Below the pieces are notes generated by a model that was not told where the DNA came from, made no database searches, and saw only the letters and a list, made by a program, of their open reading frames with translations. A stretch of 64,000 nt of DNA, from the IMG/VR virus record IMGVR_UViG_3300043786_000977, positions 144,909 to 208,908 of that record. One strand, 5' to 3'. The translations under genes were made by a program, and so were the position numbers. Shown one piece after another: positions 1 through 8,576 of the stretch (position 1 is its first letter; each line of letters begins with the position of its first letter).

Positions 1-82
1 TTGCCATGGATTGTTTGTTGGGCCGGCGTTTGCGTCCGGGTGAACGCATTGTTTTGTCGGTAAAGGAATTGATAGACGTTGC

Positions 83-159
83 CCAGGTGTAGCTCAGTTG
101 GTTGGAGCGCGTCCCTGATAAGGACGAGGTCGACTGTTCGACTCAGTCCACCTGGACCA
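83..159 (+). tRNA. trnI: tRNA-Ile(GAT)
   Basis: Acceptor CCAGGTG/CACCTGG, D-arm GCTC..GAGC, anticodon arm CGTCC-CTGATAA-GGACG, T-loop TTCGACT, encoded CCA. Confidence 0.95.
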
Positions 160-176
160 TTTTTGAAGTGGGTAAC

Positions 177-260
177 GGGCGAGTGGTGGAATCGCAGACA
201 CGTAGGCCTTAGGAGCCTATGCCGGAAGGCGTGTGGGTTCAATTCCCGCCTCGCCCACCA
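177..260 (+). tRNA. trnL: tRNA-Leu(TAG)
   Basis: Acceptor GGGCGAG/CTCGCCC, anticodon arm TAGGC-CTTAGGA-GCCTA, long variable arm, TTCAATT, CCA. Confidence 0.93.
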
Positions 261-360
261 TTTTAATGTAGCTTTACACGGAGTTGGTTTGTGAGCTGTT
301 TTCCTCGGGTGGTGAAATTGGCAGACACAAGGGACTTGATTGACATACGATAAGTGACCG

Positions 361-390
361 TTGACACTATGCCTACCGTTCTGTTATGAT
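361..390 (+). promoter_or_regulatory. Sigma70-like promoter inside the intron, upstream of the HNH ORF
   Basis: TTGACA-18nt-TATGAT; ATG follows 7 nt later at 397 with no SD (leaderless-like). Confidence 0.55.
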
Positions 391-396
391 GTTGTT

Positions 397-861
397 ATGC
401 GACGACATTACAAGCAGTATACGGACGACGACATAGTTCAAGCAGCAAAACAGGTCAAGTCAATAGCTGGTCTATTACGCATTTTAGGATTACGGCCTGT
501 CGGTGGAAATTACGGTAATATTAAACGGCATCTAAAACGTTTAGATATTGACTGTGCACACTGGACAGGTCGGGCTTGGAATCGTGGTAGCAGGGTTAAA
601 GATTGGGTGCAGTACAGGAAGATAGAACATTTGAAACGTCATATGATCAGACTGACGGGTCATCGGTGTCAACGATGTAGACGACGCCAGTGGCAGACGG
701 TTGATATACCGTTGGAAGTACACCATATTGACGGGGATCGATGTAACAATCGATTAACAAATCTAGAGTTATTGTGCCCCAACTGTCACGCGTTGACAGA
801 TTATTATCGTGGTCGCAAATTGAGCACCGTATCGGTGACGATAGGAGTGAATCCTGGCTAA
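397..861 (+). CDS. Intron-encoded HNH homing endonuclease
   Basis: CxxC...LEVHHIDGDRCNNRLTNLELLCPNCH HNH motif; lies inside the group I intron; ATG start at 397 preferred over TTG at 361. Confidence 0.9.
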   Translation: MRRHYKQYTDDDIVQAAKQVKSIAGLLRILGLRPVGGNYGNIKRHLKRLDIDCAHWTGRAWNRGSRVKDWVQYRKIEHLKRHMIRLTGHRCQRCRRRQWQTVDIPLEVHHIDGDRCNNRLTNLELLCPNCHALTDYYRGRKLSTVSVTIGVNPG

Positions 862-1063
862 GTCGGTAGAACCTAGGCTGTGGTAATGCCGAGCTAGGTC
901 GAAAGACCGAGTGTAGAGACTTTACACCAGGCACCTCGGGAGAGGTGAAGACAAAGTCCAGACCACAATGTGAAAACGATGTGGCAGGAAAATCCCTTAT
1001 CCGTATGGGTGTGCGGGTTCAAGTCCCGCCCCGAGGACCAATACAGCACGTATTATTACGAGA

Positions 1064-1270
1064 ATGACAATGAGTTTGGACAAGTCAATTGAATCTGGGC
1101 GTGAACGACGTCGTCAGTTCCGCGGTGTAAAAGCTGTCGATAGGACATGCCGGAATCATGGTACCTGTAATTGGTGCAAATCAAACAGGGGTTTCGCGAA
1201 TAAACAAGACGAAGAGGCTGCGGACGAACAACTCCGTGCCTGGAAACGAGGAGAACTAGATGAAGACTAA
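1064..1270 (+). CDS. Small basic hypothetical phage protein
   Basis: SD-preceded ORF with CRNHGTCNWC; overlaps the next start. Confidence 0.6.
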   Translation: MTMSLDKSIESGRERRRQFRGVKAVDRTCRNHGTCNWCKSNRGFANKQDEEAADEQLRAWKRGELDED

Positions 1271-2282
1271 AACGAAAATTGACAACTACATCAACCATGT
1301 GTTGTTTGTGTTGGACGAAAGCGGTTCCATGGGGTCCCTGGCGGACGCAGTCGTACAGGTGTTTGATGCACAGGTTGCGCATCTGGCCAAGCGATCACAA
1401 GAACTGGATCAGGAGACACGGGTAACGGTCGTGGTATTCAACGACTCGCAGTATACGCGCACGCTCATCTACGACAAGGATGTACTGCGGTTGCCCAGTC
1501 TGGCCGGTTACTATGTTCCGTACGGCGGGACGCCTTTGATTGACGCGACGCTGACTGCGGTGGCCGATCTACGTATGACGCCTGAGAAGCATGGTGACCA
1601 CGCCTTCCTGGGTTACGTCTTGACGGACGGGCAGGAGAACCGCAGCACTAACACGCCAGCGGCCTTGGCGAAGATGATCCGGGACCTCCCGGACAACTGG
1701 ACACTGGCAGTGTTGGTACCCAACCAGTACGGCGTGCACGAAGCGAAGCGTTTCGGGTTCCCTGCTGACAATATCGCGATATGGGATGCTACAAGCGCCA
1801 AGGGTCTCGACGAGGCCGTCGCAAAGATCCGTACTACGACCGAGACTTTCATGCAGGGTCGTACCCAGGGTATCCGCGGTAGCCGCAGTATCTTCAAGGT
1901 CGACACTTCGAACCTCAAGCACAGCACAGTCAAGCAGGTCTTGGACAAGTTGCCTGCGACTGACTATTCGATCTGGGATGTGCGTACGGACGCCGAGATT
2001 CGCGATTTCGTCGAGTCACGCACCAAACTCCCTTACAAGAAGGGGATGGCGTTTTACATGCTGACCAAACCCGAGATTGTGCAGGCGCGTAAGCGCGTAG
2101 CTGTTCACGAGAAAGCGACGGGCGCCGTGTACAGCGGCGATTCGGCGCGCCAGTTGATAGGGCTACCCGCGGACAAAGCGCGTGTGGTACCAGGTGACTT
2201 CAGTGCCTACGATATCTTCATACAATCCACAAGTGTAAACAGACGTTTGCTCGGTGGTACCAAGTTGTTACTGATTAGTTAA
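1260..2282 (+). CDS. von Willebrand factor A (vWA) domain protein
   Basis: MIDAS LDESGSM, GGTPLIDA, LTDGQEN. Confidence 0.85.
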   Translation: MKTKTKIDNYINHVLFVLDESGSMGSLADAVVQVFDAQVAHLAKRSQELDQETRVTVVVFNDSQYTRTLIYDKDVLRLPSLAGYYVPYGGTPLIDATLTAVADLRMTPEKHGDHAFLGYVLTDGQENRSTNTPAALAKMIRDLPDNWTLAVLVPNQYGVHEAKRFGFPADNIAIWDATSAKGLDEAVAKIRTTTETFMQGRTQGIRGSRSIFKVDTSNLKHSTVKQVLDKLPATDYSIWDVRTDAEIRDFVESRTKLPYKKGMAFYMLTKPEIVQARKRVAVHEKATGAVYSGDSARQLIGLPADKARVVPGDFSAYDIFIQSTSVNRRLLGGTKLLLIS

Positions 2283-2289
2283 GTATGGG

Positions 2290-2375
2290 GCCGGCGTGGC
2301 GGAATGGCAGACGCGATAGACTCAAAATCTATTAGTGGTAACACTGTGGGGGTTCAAGTCCCTCCGCCGGCACCA
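2290..2375 (+). tRNA. trnL: tRNA-Leu(CAA)
   Basis: Acceptor GCCGGCG/CGCCGGC, ATAGA-CTCAAAA-TCTAT, long variable arm, CCA. Confidence 0.95.
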
Positions 2376-2409
2376 GCATGCAGACTCATAGGGCTTCCAG
2401 TATTTTGAA

Positions 2410-2438
2410 TTGACACTTTTCGCAAGAAGTGATATTGT
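2410..2438 (+). promoter_or_regulatory. Sigma70-like promoter for free-standing HNH gene
   Basis: TTGACA-17nt-TATTGT, followed by SD GGAGG and ATG at 2464. Confidence 0.55.
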
Positions 2439-2463
2439 AGTTTCAGAAATGGGAGGAACCATA

Positions 2464-3135
2464 ATGAAACTACAAGACAGCGACATACTTGACGATGTGC
2501 GACGCGTTAGAGTTATGCTCGGTAGAGTTCCGACAGGAAATGACTACAAAGAACACGGACGATTTTGTTTAAATTCCGTGCGCCGGAGATTCAGTAATCA
2601 ATGGAATAAGTGTCTGTTGAAACTCTTCGGAGAAGTTGTGCATACCCAACAGAAAGCGTGGGTAAAGTCTGAATGTGAATTCTGTCATAAGCCGATAACT
2701 TTTCCTCGGAGTTCTTCGAAACGCTTTTGTTCAAAGTCTTGTTCCTGCAAGGGAATCAAGCGGCGCAAACGGAAGGTATGGATTTGCGTGGAGTGTGGTA
2801 AAGAAGCACCGTCAAGGCGCTCACGTTGTGCTGCGTGTTTTGCTGGTGCCGGAATAGCGCGTAAGACGATCGGGGAATACAGAAGTAAAAGGAATGACTC
2901 AAACCGGTACGCAGAAGTACGGGAACATGCGAGAAGGGTCGCACATGTGTTGCCAGATAAATGTCTCGTGTGTGGCTATGATAAGTCTGTGGTTGTGTGT
3001 CATAAGATTCCGATACCGGAGTTCTCTGATGATACGCTTGTGAGCGTAGTCAATGCATTGTCAAATCTGGTGAAGTTGTGTAGGAATCATCATTGGGAGT
3101 ATGACAAGGGATTGCTTAACATTAAGGGCTCGTAG
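2464..3135 (+). CDS. Free-standing HNH endonuclease with Zn-ribbon modules
   Basis: Multiple CxxC pairs; C-terminal VCHKIPI...NALSNLVKLCRNHH; stop codon lies inside the following tRNA. Confidence 0.8.
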   Translation: MKLQDSDILDDVRRVRVMLGRVPTGNDYKEHGRFCLNSVRRRFSNQWNKCLLKLFGEVVHTQQKAWVKSECEFCHKPITFPRSSSKRFCSKSCSCKGIKRRKRKVWICVECGKEAPSRRSRCAACFAGAGIARKTIGEYRSKRNDSNRYAEVREHARRVAHVLPDKCLVCGYDKSVVVCHKIPIPEFSDDTLVSVVNALSNLVKLCRNHHWEYDKGLLNIKGS

Positions 3136-3202
3136 CACAATAGGTTAGTGCTGTAGTCCCATAAACTACGGGTTCTCAGTTCGAGTCTGAGCGAGCCCAC
3201 CA
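3126..3202 (+). tRNA. tRNA(CAT), elongator Met or Ile2, with atypical C33
   Basis: Acceptor GGGCTCG/CGAGCCC (paired 1:72, so not fMet); GTAGT-CCCATAA-ACTAC; CCA. Confidence 0.85.
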
Positions 3203-3219
3203 ATTAACGGGAGAATACA

Positions 3220-3507
3220 ATGGGATGGTTCATGGTTGATCGCTGTCATCACCACAAGTTGACACAAGTCCAGAAAGATGGATACCAGTATTGCGAACAG
3301 TGCGGTAAGGCAATTGTACCTCCGCCTCTACCTCAGGTTCAGCCCACGTTGTGTAAACACAAACTTGAAACGACTGAGAGAGGTGTGCAGATCAAGACAA
3401 GTGCGGGTGCAACCCAAGTACAACATGTACAACGCTGTACCGAGTGTGGTCGTATGTTTACGTATAACGAAACAGTGGGGGCGTATAACGAGCGTAACGC
3501 TCCGTGA
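3220..3507 (+). CDS. Hypothetical Zn-ribbon protein
   Basis: SD GGAG; CEQC and CTEC motifs. Confidence 0.6.
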   Translation: MGWFMVDRCHHHKLTQVQKDGYQYCEQCGKAIVPPPLPQVQPTLCKHKLETTERGVQIKTSAGATQVQHVQRCTECGRMFTYNETVGAYNERNAP

Positions 3508-3606
3508 TACAGCAAAGCCAGTTGATTACACAACGGGTCAACTGGTATACGAATAACCGTTGCAAAACCACAAGCCGGTGACAAAACGGCTGGGACGACA
3601 TGACAG

Positions 3607-4359
3607 ATGAAAGATAAATTAGAAGAACAACCGAGTTTGAAGACGCTTACCGGGCGCACACTGATGCTCGTCGACACGCTGCAGGCGACAGTGAAGGCAC
3701 TCAACGAGTTCAGTACACGGGTGATGGCCACGCTGGTTCTCGGCGCGGAACAGGCTGATTCTGAGATCGAGGCCCTAGTTGACCTTGGTTCGATAGGTAA
3801 ACTCTATACGCAACTGCTGGAGGAACTGGATACGCTGCAGCTCGAAGAGTGCTGTAAGCAGGAGGTTATTACGGCTGCGTCGCACATGTGTAAGATACCT
3901 GATCCTGGTAGCGTAGGTACAGGTGTCGCACGGGCCTTGTTCCGTGGTAACCCGCGGAGCCGGCGATATGCTGTGGCGTTGAATCGACTCTTAGTCGCCG
4001 CACATGATCGGCAGCTACCGAATGCGGAACCAGCACCAGCAAAAGCACAGGCGCCTGCCGCTGCACCCGCGGTGCCAGCAAAAGCATCAGTGCCTGCAGC
4101 TAAACCCGCAGCGCCAGTGAGTAAGGCAGCCGGAGCAGATAAAGCTTCAACACCTAAGGCTTCTGTCTTGGCACGTCTGAAAGAAATCAAGATGGCCGGC
4201 CGCCGGACGAAGGGTGCGTTGACGCTGATTGTCACGGACCTAGAGGACAAAAAGCCCGTCACCGATAAGCAACGGAAGTATCTCACAGAGTGTGCGAGTA
4301 AGATGGTTGAACTTGCACCGTTGAAGACCGAACTTGTACGTCTTGCGCAGGCGACGTGA
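3607..4359 (+). CDS. Hypothetical protein with Ala/Pro/Lys-rich linker
   Basis: 250-aa ORF between genes on the coding strand. Confidence 0.65.
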   Translation: MKDKLEEQPSLKTLTGRTLMLVDTLQATVKALNEFSTRVMATLVLGAEQADSEIEALVDLGSIGKLYTQLLEELDTLQLEECCKQEVITAASHMCKIPDPGSVGTGVARALFRGNPRSRRYAVALNRLLVAAHDRQLPNAEPAPAKAQAPAAAPAVPAKASVPAAKPAAPVSKAAGADKASTPKASVLARLKEIKMAGRRTKGALTLIVTDLEDKKPVTDKQRKYLTECASKMVELAPLKTELVRLAQAT

Positions 4360-4435
4360 ACTGTGGTACCCTGACCCTCTGCCGTAGTTGGGTCAGGGTC
4401 CAACTAATACCAGTTAATCCTTCAGGAGTATTCGT

Positions 4436-6355
4436 ATGTCTACCCTTCCTTCGCTTTATTCGCAGTTTATTCATGTATCGCGGTATGCCAAATGGCAAGA
4501 TTCCGTTATGCGGCGTGAAACATGGGATGAGACTGTTACTCGATATCTTGACTTCATGTGTGAAGAACAATGTTCGGGTAAGATAGATGCAACGACGAAG
4601 AGTGAATTAAGAGATGCTATCGGCTCGTTGGCTGTGATGCCTTCTATGCGGTGCATGATGACAGCAGGCAAGGCACTGGCCAGGGATAACGCGGCTGGCT
4701 TCAACTGCAGTGCTGTGGTGATTGATAATCCCGTAGCCTTCGACGAAATGATGTACCTATTGATGTGTGGCGTTGGTGTGGGTTTCAGCGTCGAGCGCCA
4801 GTTCATCAATCAGCTACCTAACGTACCAGCGCTGCGTCGTTCCAAGACCGTAATCAAGGTCGAGGATTCGCGTATTGGTTGGTCCAATGCATTCCGTGAA
4901 CTGTTGAGCATGTTGTACTCCGGCCGGATCCCCGAATGGGATACGAGTGAGGTACGACCAGCCGGTGCACGTTTGAAGACCTTTGGTGGACGAGCTTCTG
5001 GCCCGGCCCCATTGGAAGACCTGTTTCGCTTCTGTATCGGCATATTCCGTGGTGCCGAGGGTCGCAAGCTGAATTCGCTGGAGTGCCATGACATATGCTG
5101 CAAGATCGGCGAAGTGATTGTCATGGGCGGTGTCCGGCGTTCGGCAGAGATCAGTCTGACGAATCCGTCTGATGATCGTATGCGTTACGCTAAGTCAGGT
5201 AATTGGTATGAGACTGCACCGTGGCGGCGCCAAGCCAACATATCGGCAGTGTATACCGAGAAGCCGGGTATGGATGTGTTTTTCCGAGAGTGGCTGGCAC
5301 TCTATGAGTCCAAGTCAGGAGAACGCGGGATCTTCAATCGTGAAGCTGCCCAGGTGCATATGGCCAAGTGCGGGCGACGGGATAACACACACGACTTCAT
5401 CGTTAATCCCTGTGGTGAGATCCTCCTGCGTTCGGGACAGATGTGTAACCTGTCCGAGGCAGTTGTACGTAAGGATGACAATGCGAAGACCTTGAAAGAG
5501 AAGGTGCGCCTTGCAACAATCCTAGGTACCCTGCAGGCTACCCTGACTAACTTCCGGTATCTCCGGCCACACTGGCAGGATAACACACGGGACGAAGCAT
5601 TACTTGGTGTGAGCCTGACAGGTGTCATGGATAACGCGCTGATGTCGGGGCAGAAGGGTAAGACGGAATTGGCAGGTACGTTGGAGGATCTGCGTAAGTC
5701 AGCAGTCCACGTCAATAAGCAGTGGGCTAAGACGCTTGGAATTAATCCAGCTACTGCCATCACAACCAATAAGCCCTCGGGTACTGTCAGTCAGTTGGTT
5801 GACTGCGCCAGTGGGTTGCACCCACGGTTCAGTGAGCATTATATCCGTACGGTACGTGGCGACATGCACGATCCTGTGACGAAGTTGATGCAGGCCTCAG
5901 GGTTTCCGCATGAACCTGATGTAACGAAACCCGATCATACTGTGGTCTTCAGTTTCCCGATAAAGGCGCCTGAGGGTTGTGAAACTGTGGCCGATGTGGA
6001 TGCGATCGCCCAGTTGGAACTCTGGCGTACCTACCAGGAACACTGGTGTGAACACAAGCCGTCCATGACTGTCTATGTAAAGGAACATCAGTGGATGGAA
6101 GTCGGTGCCTGGGTCTATAAGCACTTCGATGTGATCAGCGGTGTTACATTCCTGCCTGCATCGGATCACTGCTACGCTCAAGCCCCTTATCAGGACATAT
6201 CTGCGAAGGAGTATGAAGCACGCGTGGCTAAGATGCCCACGTCTGTGGATTGGGCGCAATTAGCCCAATACGAGAAGGACGACTCTTCCGTGAACACACG
6301 CGAATATGCTTGCAGCGGTGATAGTTGTGAGACCGTTGATTTGACTTCGAAATGA
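4436..6355 (+). CDS. nrdJ: Class II (adenosylcobalamin-dependent) ribonucleotide reductase
   Basis: PSMR, AGFNC, GGVRRSA, NPCGEI thiyl-radical motif, TTNKPSGTVSQL, C-terminal CSGDSC; no small subunit nearby. Confidence 0.93.
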   Translation: MSTLPSLYSQFIHVSRYAKWQDSVMRRETWDETVTRYLDFMCEEQCSGKIDATTKSELRDAIGSLAVMPSMRCMMTAGKALARDNAAGFNCSAVVIDNPVAFDEMMYLLMCGVGVGFSVERQFINQLPNVPALRRSKTVIKVEDSRIGWSNAFRELLSMLYSGRIPEWDTSEVRPAGARLKTFGGRASGPAPLEDLFRFCIGIFRGAEGRKLNSLECHDICCKIGEVIVMGGVRRSAEISLTNPSDDRMRYAKSGNWYETAPWRRQANISAVYTEKPGMDVFFREWLALYESKSGERGIFNREAAQVHMAKCGRRDNTHDFIVNPCGEILLRSGQMCNLSEAVVRKDDNAKTLKEKVRLATILGTLQATLTNFRYLRPHWQDNTRDEALLGVSLTGVMDNALMSGQKGKTELAGTLEDLRKSAVHVNKQWAKTLGINPATAITTNKPSGTVSQLVDCASGLHPRFSEHYIRTVRGDMHDPVTKLMQASGFPHEPDVTKPDHTVVFSFPIKAPEGCETVADVDAIAQLELWRTYQEHWCEHKPSMTVYVKEHQWMEVGAWVYKHFDVISGVTFLPASDHCYAQAPYQDISAKEYEARVAKMPTSVDWAQLAQYEKDDSSVNTREYACSGDSCETVDLTSK

Positions 6356-6364
6356 TACCCTTGA

Positions 6365-6416
6365 GGCAGAGTCAGTAATATTGGTTATTGACTCTGCCGT
6401 TCTTTATATCTATAGT
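6365..6416 (+). promoter_or_regulatory. Hairpin after nrdJ overlapping a sigma70-like promoter for the HNH gene
   Basis: GGCAGAGTCA/TGACTCTGCC 10-bp stem; TTGACT-17nt-TATAGT. Confidence 0.55.
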
Positions 6417-6482
6417 AAGCGCCATGAATAGGAAAAAACCTAGTTGTGTCTGTGCTTACTGCGGCGAGTCATCTGATCGACG

Positions 6483-7115
6483 ATGAAGAGTGGCAAACTT
6501 ACAATGGTAGAGGCCGGGCGATTGGGGCAGGCGAAATCGCGTGTTACGCAAGCTGCGCAGAAGATAGCGCGTATTCAGGCATATGATGCGCTGGGTAAAG
6601 GTTGTTTGCATTGTGGGACTAAGATACCGTATGTACGCCGGGACACGAAGTTTTGTAACCAGTCATGCGCGGCAAGTTATAATAACCGAGGGGTAAGGCG
6701 CCATGGAAACGCGCCTGCCGTTTGTAAGCAGTGCGCTAAACCGTTGGCGAAAAGTAAGAGGGAGTACTGTTCGGCAGGTTGCCATAAAAACCACATCTGG
6801 GTACAGACCAGGTTATTGATAGAAAAGCGCGGGGACGTTGCCATAAACAAGGTGGCCAATTCCAAATCGGCGCGTCGATATTTACGTGAAACACGTGGCG
6901 CGTGTTGCGCAGTCTGTCGCACAACCGAGTGGTGCGGGCGGGAAGTACCGTTAGTACTCGACCATATTGACGGGAATGCAGATAACTGGTTGCTCGGTAA
7001 CCTGCGCCTTATTTGCGGGAATTGTGATATGCAGACAGCGACTTATAAAGGGAAAAACCGTGGGCATGGGCGATTTGCGCGTCGGCAGCGGTATCACGAT
7101 GGGAAGAGTTTTTAG
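6483..7115 (+). CDS. Free-standing HNH endonuclease
   Basis: LVLDHIDGNADNWLLGNLRLICGNCD; upstream FCNQSC and YCSAGC Zn modules. Confidence 0.9.
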   Translation: MKSGKLTMVEAGRLGQAKSRVTQAAQKIARIQAYDALGKGCLHCGTKIPYVRRDTKFCNQSCAASYNNRGVRRHGNAPAVCKQCAKPLAKSKREYCSAGCHKNHIWVQTRLLIEKRGDVAINKVANSKSARRYLRETRGACCAVCRTTEWCGREVPLVLDHIDGNADNWLLGNLRLICGNCDMQTATYKGKNRGHGRFARRQRYHDGKSF

Positions 7116-7116
7116 T

Positions 7117-7192
7117 GCTCCTGTAGCTCAATTGGTAGAGCGGCTCACCTGTAATGAGCGGGTTGGGGATTCAATTTCCTCCGGGAGCTCCA
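7117..7192 (+). tRNA. trnT: tRNA-Thr(TGT) with atypical C33 and A53:U61
   Basis: Acceptor GCTCCTG/CGGGAGC, GCTCA-CCTGTAA-TGAGC, T-arm GGGGA-TTCAATT-TCCTC, CCA. Confidence 0.88.
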
Positions 7193-7207
7193 ATACGAAA
7201 GATTAAG

Positions 7208-7510
7208 ATGACACAGGATGACGAATTCACGTTAGTCTGCGAGGCCGGTGATACGGATGGCAGACCGGCCGAGACGAAGTTGTTGAGCCGCAGTGGCAAA
7301 GTGTATAAGGTGCTGGCTGCGACTGTACCTAGTATGTTTCGTCGTCTGAGTCCGGAAGACGAACGTGAGTTCATCGCATGGGCACGGAGCCACGCAGATC
7401 ATGAGATCCGTGCGATCTACCATCCAGTTATCCAGAATGAAATGTTTTTGATACGACAGAACCGCGCCTCTTTACAAGGACAAACTCATGGGAACGATAA
7501 CGCTGAATAG
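7208..7510 (+). CDS. Hypothetical protein
   Basis: ATG just after tRNA-Thr (the ORF-track start overlaps the tRNA). Confidence 0.55.
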   Translation: MTQDDEFTLVCEAGDTDGRPAETKLLSRSGKVYKVLAATVPSMFRRLSPEDEREFIAWARSHADHEIRAIYHPVIQNEMFLIRQNRASLQGQTHGNDNAE

Positions 7511-7655
7511 CAAGGGATCACGGAACCGTGTACGCAACCGCGACCAGTACCGTAAGAATTTCGACGATATAGACTGGAAGACCAAAGCACCAGTCAGCGG
7601 TAATGATTTGACTTCTGAAGCCGAACAACGTAACATGAAAAGGAAAACTAAATGA
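7488..7655 (+). CDS. Small basic hypothetical protein (55 aa, not in ORF track)
   Basis: MGTITLNSKGSRNRVRNRDQYRKNFDDIDW...; SD AAGGA; ATGA overlap with the next gene. Confidence 0.5.
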   Translation: MGTITLNSKGSRNRVRNRDQYRKNFDDIDWKTKAPVSGNDLTSEAEQRNMKRKTK

Positions 7656-7936
7656 GCACGATCGCGTTGGCTGTTATCTGTGGGTTGATCGGGTACGTAG
7701 TGGCTGTGGCCACATGCCTGTGGTTAGGACAGCGGTTATACTGGTTTCGGTCACCGGTGACGCTGTGGTCCCTTAACATGACATTCACCAATGATAATGG
7801 GCATGTGGCGGCCGGCGCCCACGGAATCGGTGGCTCGACGCATATTGTGTTCATGGACGAGCATAGTCGGACTTGCCTTGTGCCGATCGAGGAAGCCGAG
7901 AACGATCCGTTGATGTTCAAGTACATAGCAGGGTAG
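7652..7936 (+). CDS. Hypothetical membrane protein
   Basis: Hydrophobic N-terminal helix. Confidence 0.6.
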   Translation: MSTIALAVICGLIGYVVAVATCLWLGQRLYWFRSPVTLWSLNMTFTNDNGHVAAGAHGIGGSTHIVFMDEHSRTCLVPIEEAENDPLMFKYIAG

Positions 7937-7943
7937 GTGACAT

Positions 7944-8402
7944 ATGAGCCAGATAGTGCGTGCACGATATCAAGTAGAGGTTTTGTGTGTAGATGCCGTG
8001 GGTGTCATGAAGAACCGTTGCATTAAAGCCACGGCTTCTGGTATCTTGACTGTGCTGGCCACTGATGCCGTATTCGTGGTAGGTACGGGGTCACTCGTGG
8101 CACAGTTGGAATTGACTGCCCTTAGAGATCCGGACGGTGCGGATATACTGAATAAGGTACCCGCTGACAAACGGAAGACAGAGAGTAGCACGTATATGAT
8201 CAAGGATCAGGTACTAACACTCGATACATCGATCATGGACGGTGCAGTAGATCTCGCTATTAGTGTTCGGCTTGGAACCAAGGGTGAGACCCTGGATGAT
8301 GGTAAGGTAACTTGTACCATCAACAAATGGCTGTGGAAACTCATGTTGAAGAGTGCGACCGCTACCTTTACAGGGACGTGCAAGGAATTTATGGGGGCAT
8401 AG
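7944..8402 (+). CDS. Hypothetical protein
   Basis: 152-aa ORF; stop lies within the 5' end of tRNA-Ala. Confidence 0.6.
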   Translation: MSQIVRARYQVEVLCVDAVGVMKNRCIKATASGILTVLATDAVFVVGTGSLVAQLELTALRDPDGADILNKVPADKRKTESSTYMIKDQVLTLDTSIMDGAVDLAISVRLGTKGETLDDGKVTCTINKWLWKLMLKSATATFTGTCKEFMGA

Positions 8403-8468
8403 CTCAACTGGTAGAGCGCCAGCTTTGCAAGCTGGATGTTGCGAGTTCGACTCTCGCTGCTTCCACCA
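8393..8468 (+). tRNA. trnA: tRNA-Ala(TGC)
   Basis: GGGGGCA/TGCTTCC with G3:U70, CCAGC-TTTGCAA-GCTGG, CCA. Confidence 0.95.
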
Positions 8469-8474
8469 ATCTCT

Positions 8475-8562
8475 TGAGGGGTATGCCAAACGGCTGAAGG
8501 CAGCGGACTGTAAATCCGTGACGTAAGATACACTGGAGGTTCAAATCCTCTCCCCTCAACCA
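8475..8562 (+). tRNA. trnY: tRNA-Tyr(GTA)
   Basis: TGAGGGG/CCCCTCA, GCGGA-CTGTAAA-TCCGT, long variable arm, CCA. Confidence 0.93.
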
Positions 8563-8576
8563 ATCAAAGGAACAAA

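Larger units (their letters stand above)
338..988 (+). mobile_element. Group I self-splicing intron in the tRNA-Leu(UAA) anticodon, with an HNH ORF in the P1 loop
   Basis: Ends in G (omega-G 988). IGS-like TTGAG at 820-824; P2 CACCG/CGGTG; P4 TCGGTA/TGCCGA; R element GTGTAGAGACT; P8 CACCTC/GAGGTG; S element AAGACAAAGTCC; P9 CCACA/TGTGG. Confidence 0.92.
303..1040 (+). tRNA. trnL: tRNA-Leu(TAA), split by a group I intron (exon 1 303-337, exon 2 989-1040)
   Basis: Exon 1 CCTCGGG...AAGGGACTT joined to exon 2 AAAATCCCTT...GTTCAAGTC...CCCGAGG-A-CCA gives a perfect cloverleaf with loop CT-TAA-AA. Confidence 0.93.

Noticed and set aside
79-294. ORF-track ORFs overlapping tRNAs (79..294 and the 7154 and 9843 starts)
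   Set aside because: They overlap well-formed tRNA genes; true starts lie downstream or the ORFs are spurious
6424-6486. 20-codon ORF MNRKKPSCVCAYCGESSDRR upstream of HNH3 as a frameshifted N-terminus
   Set aside because: No slippery sequence evident and the ATGA overlap fits simple translational coupling or a relic; too short to support
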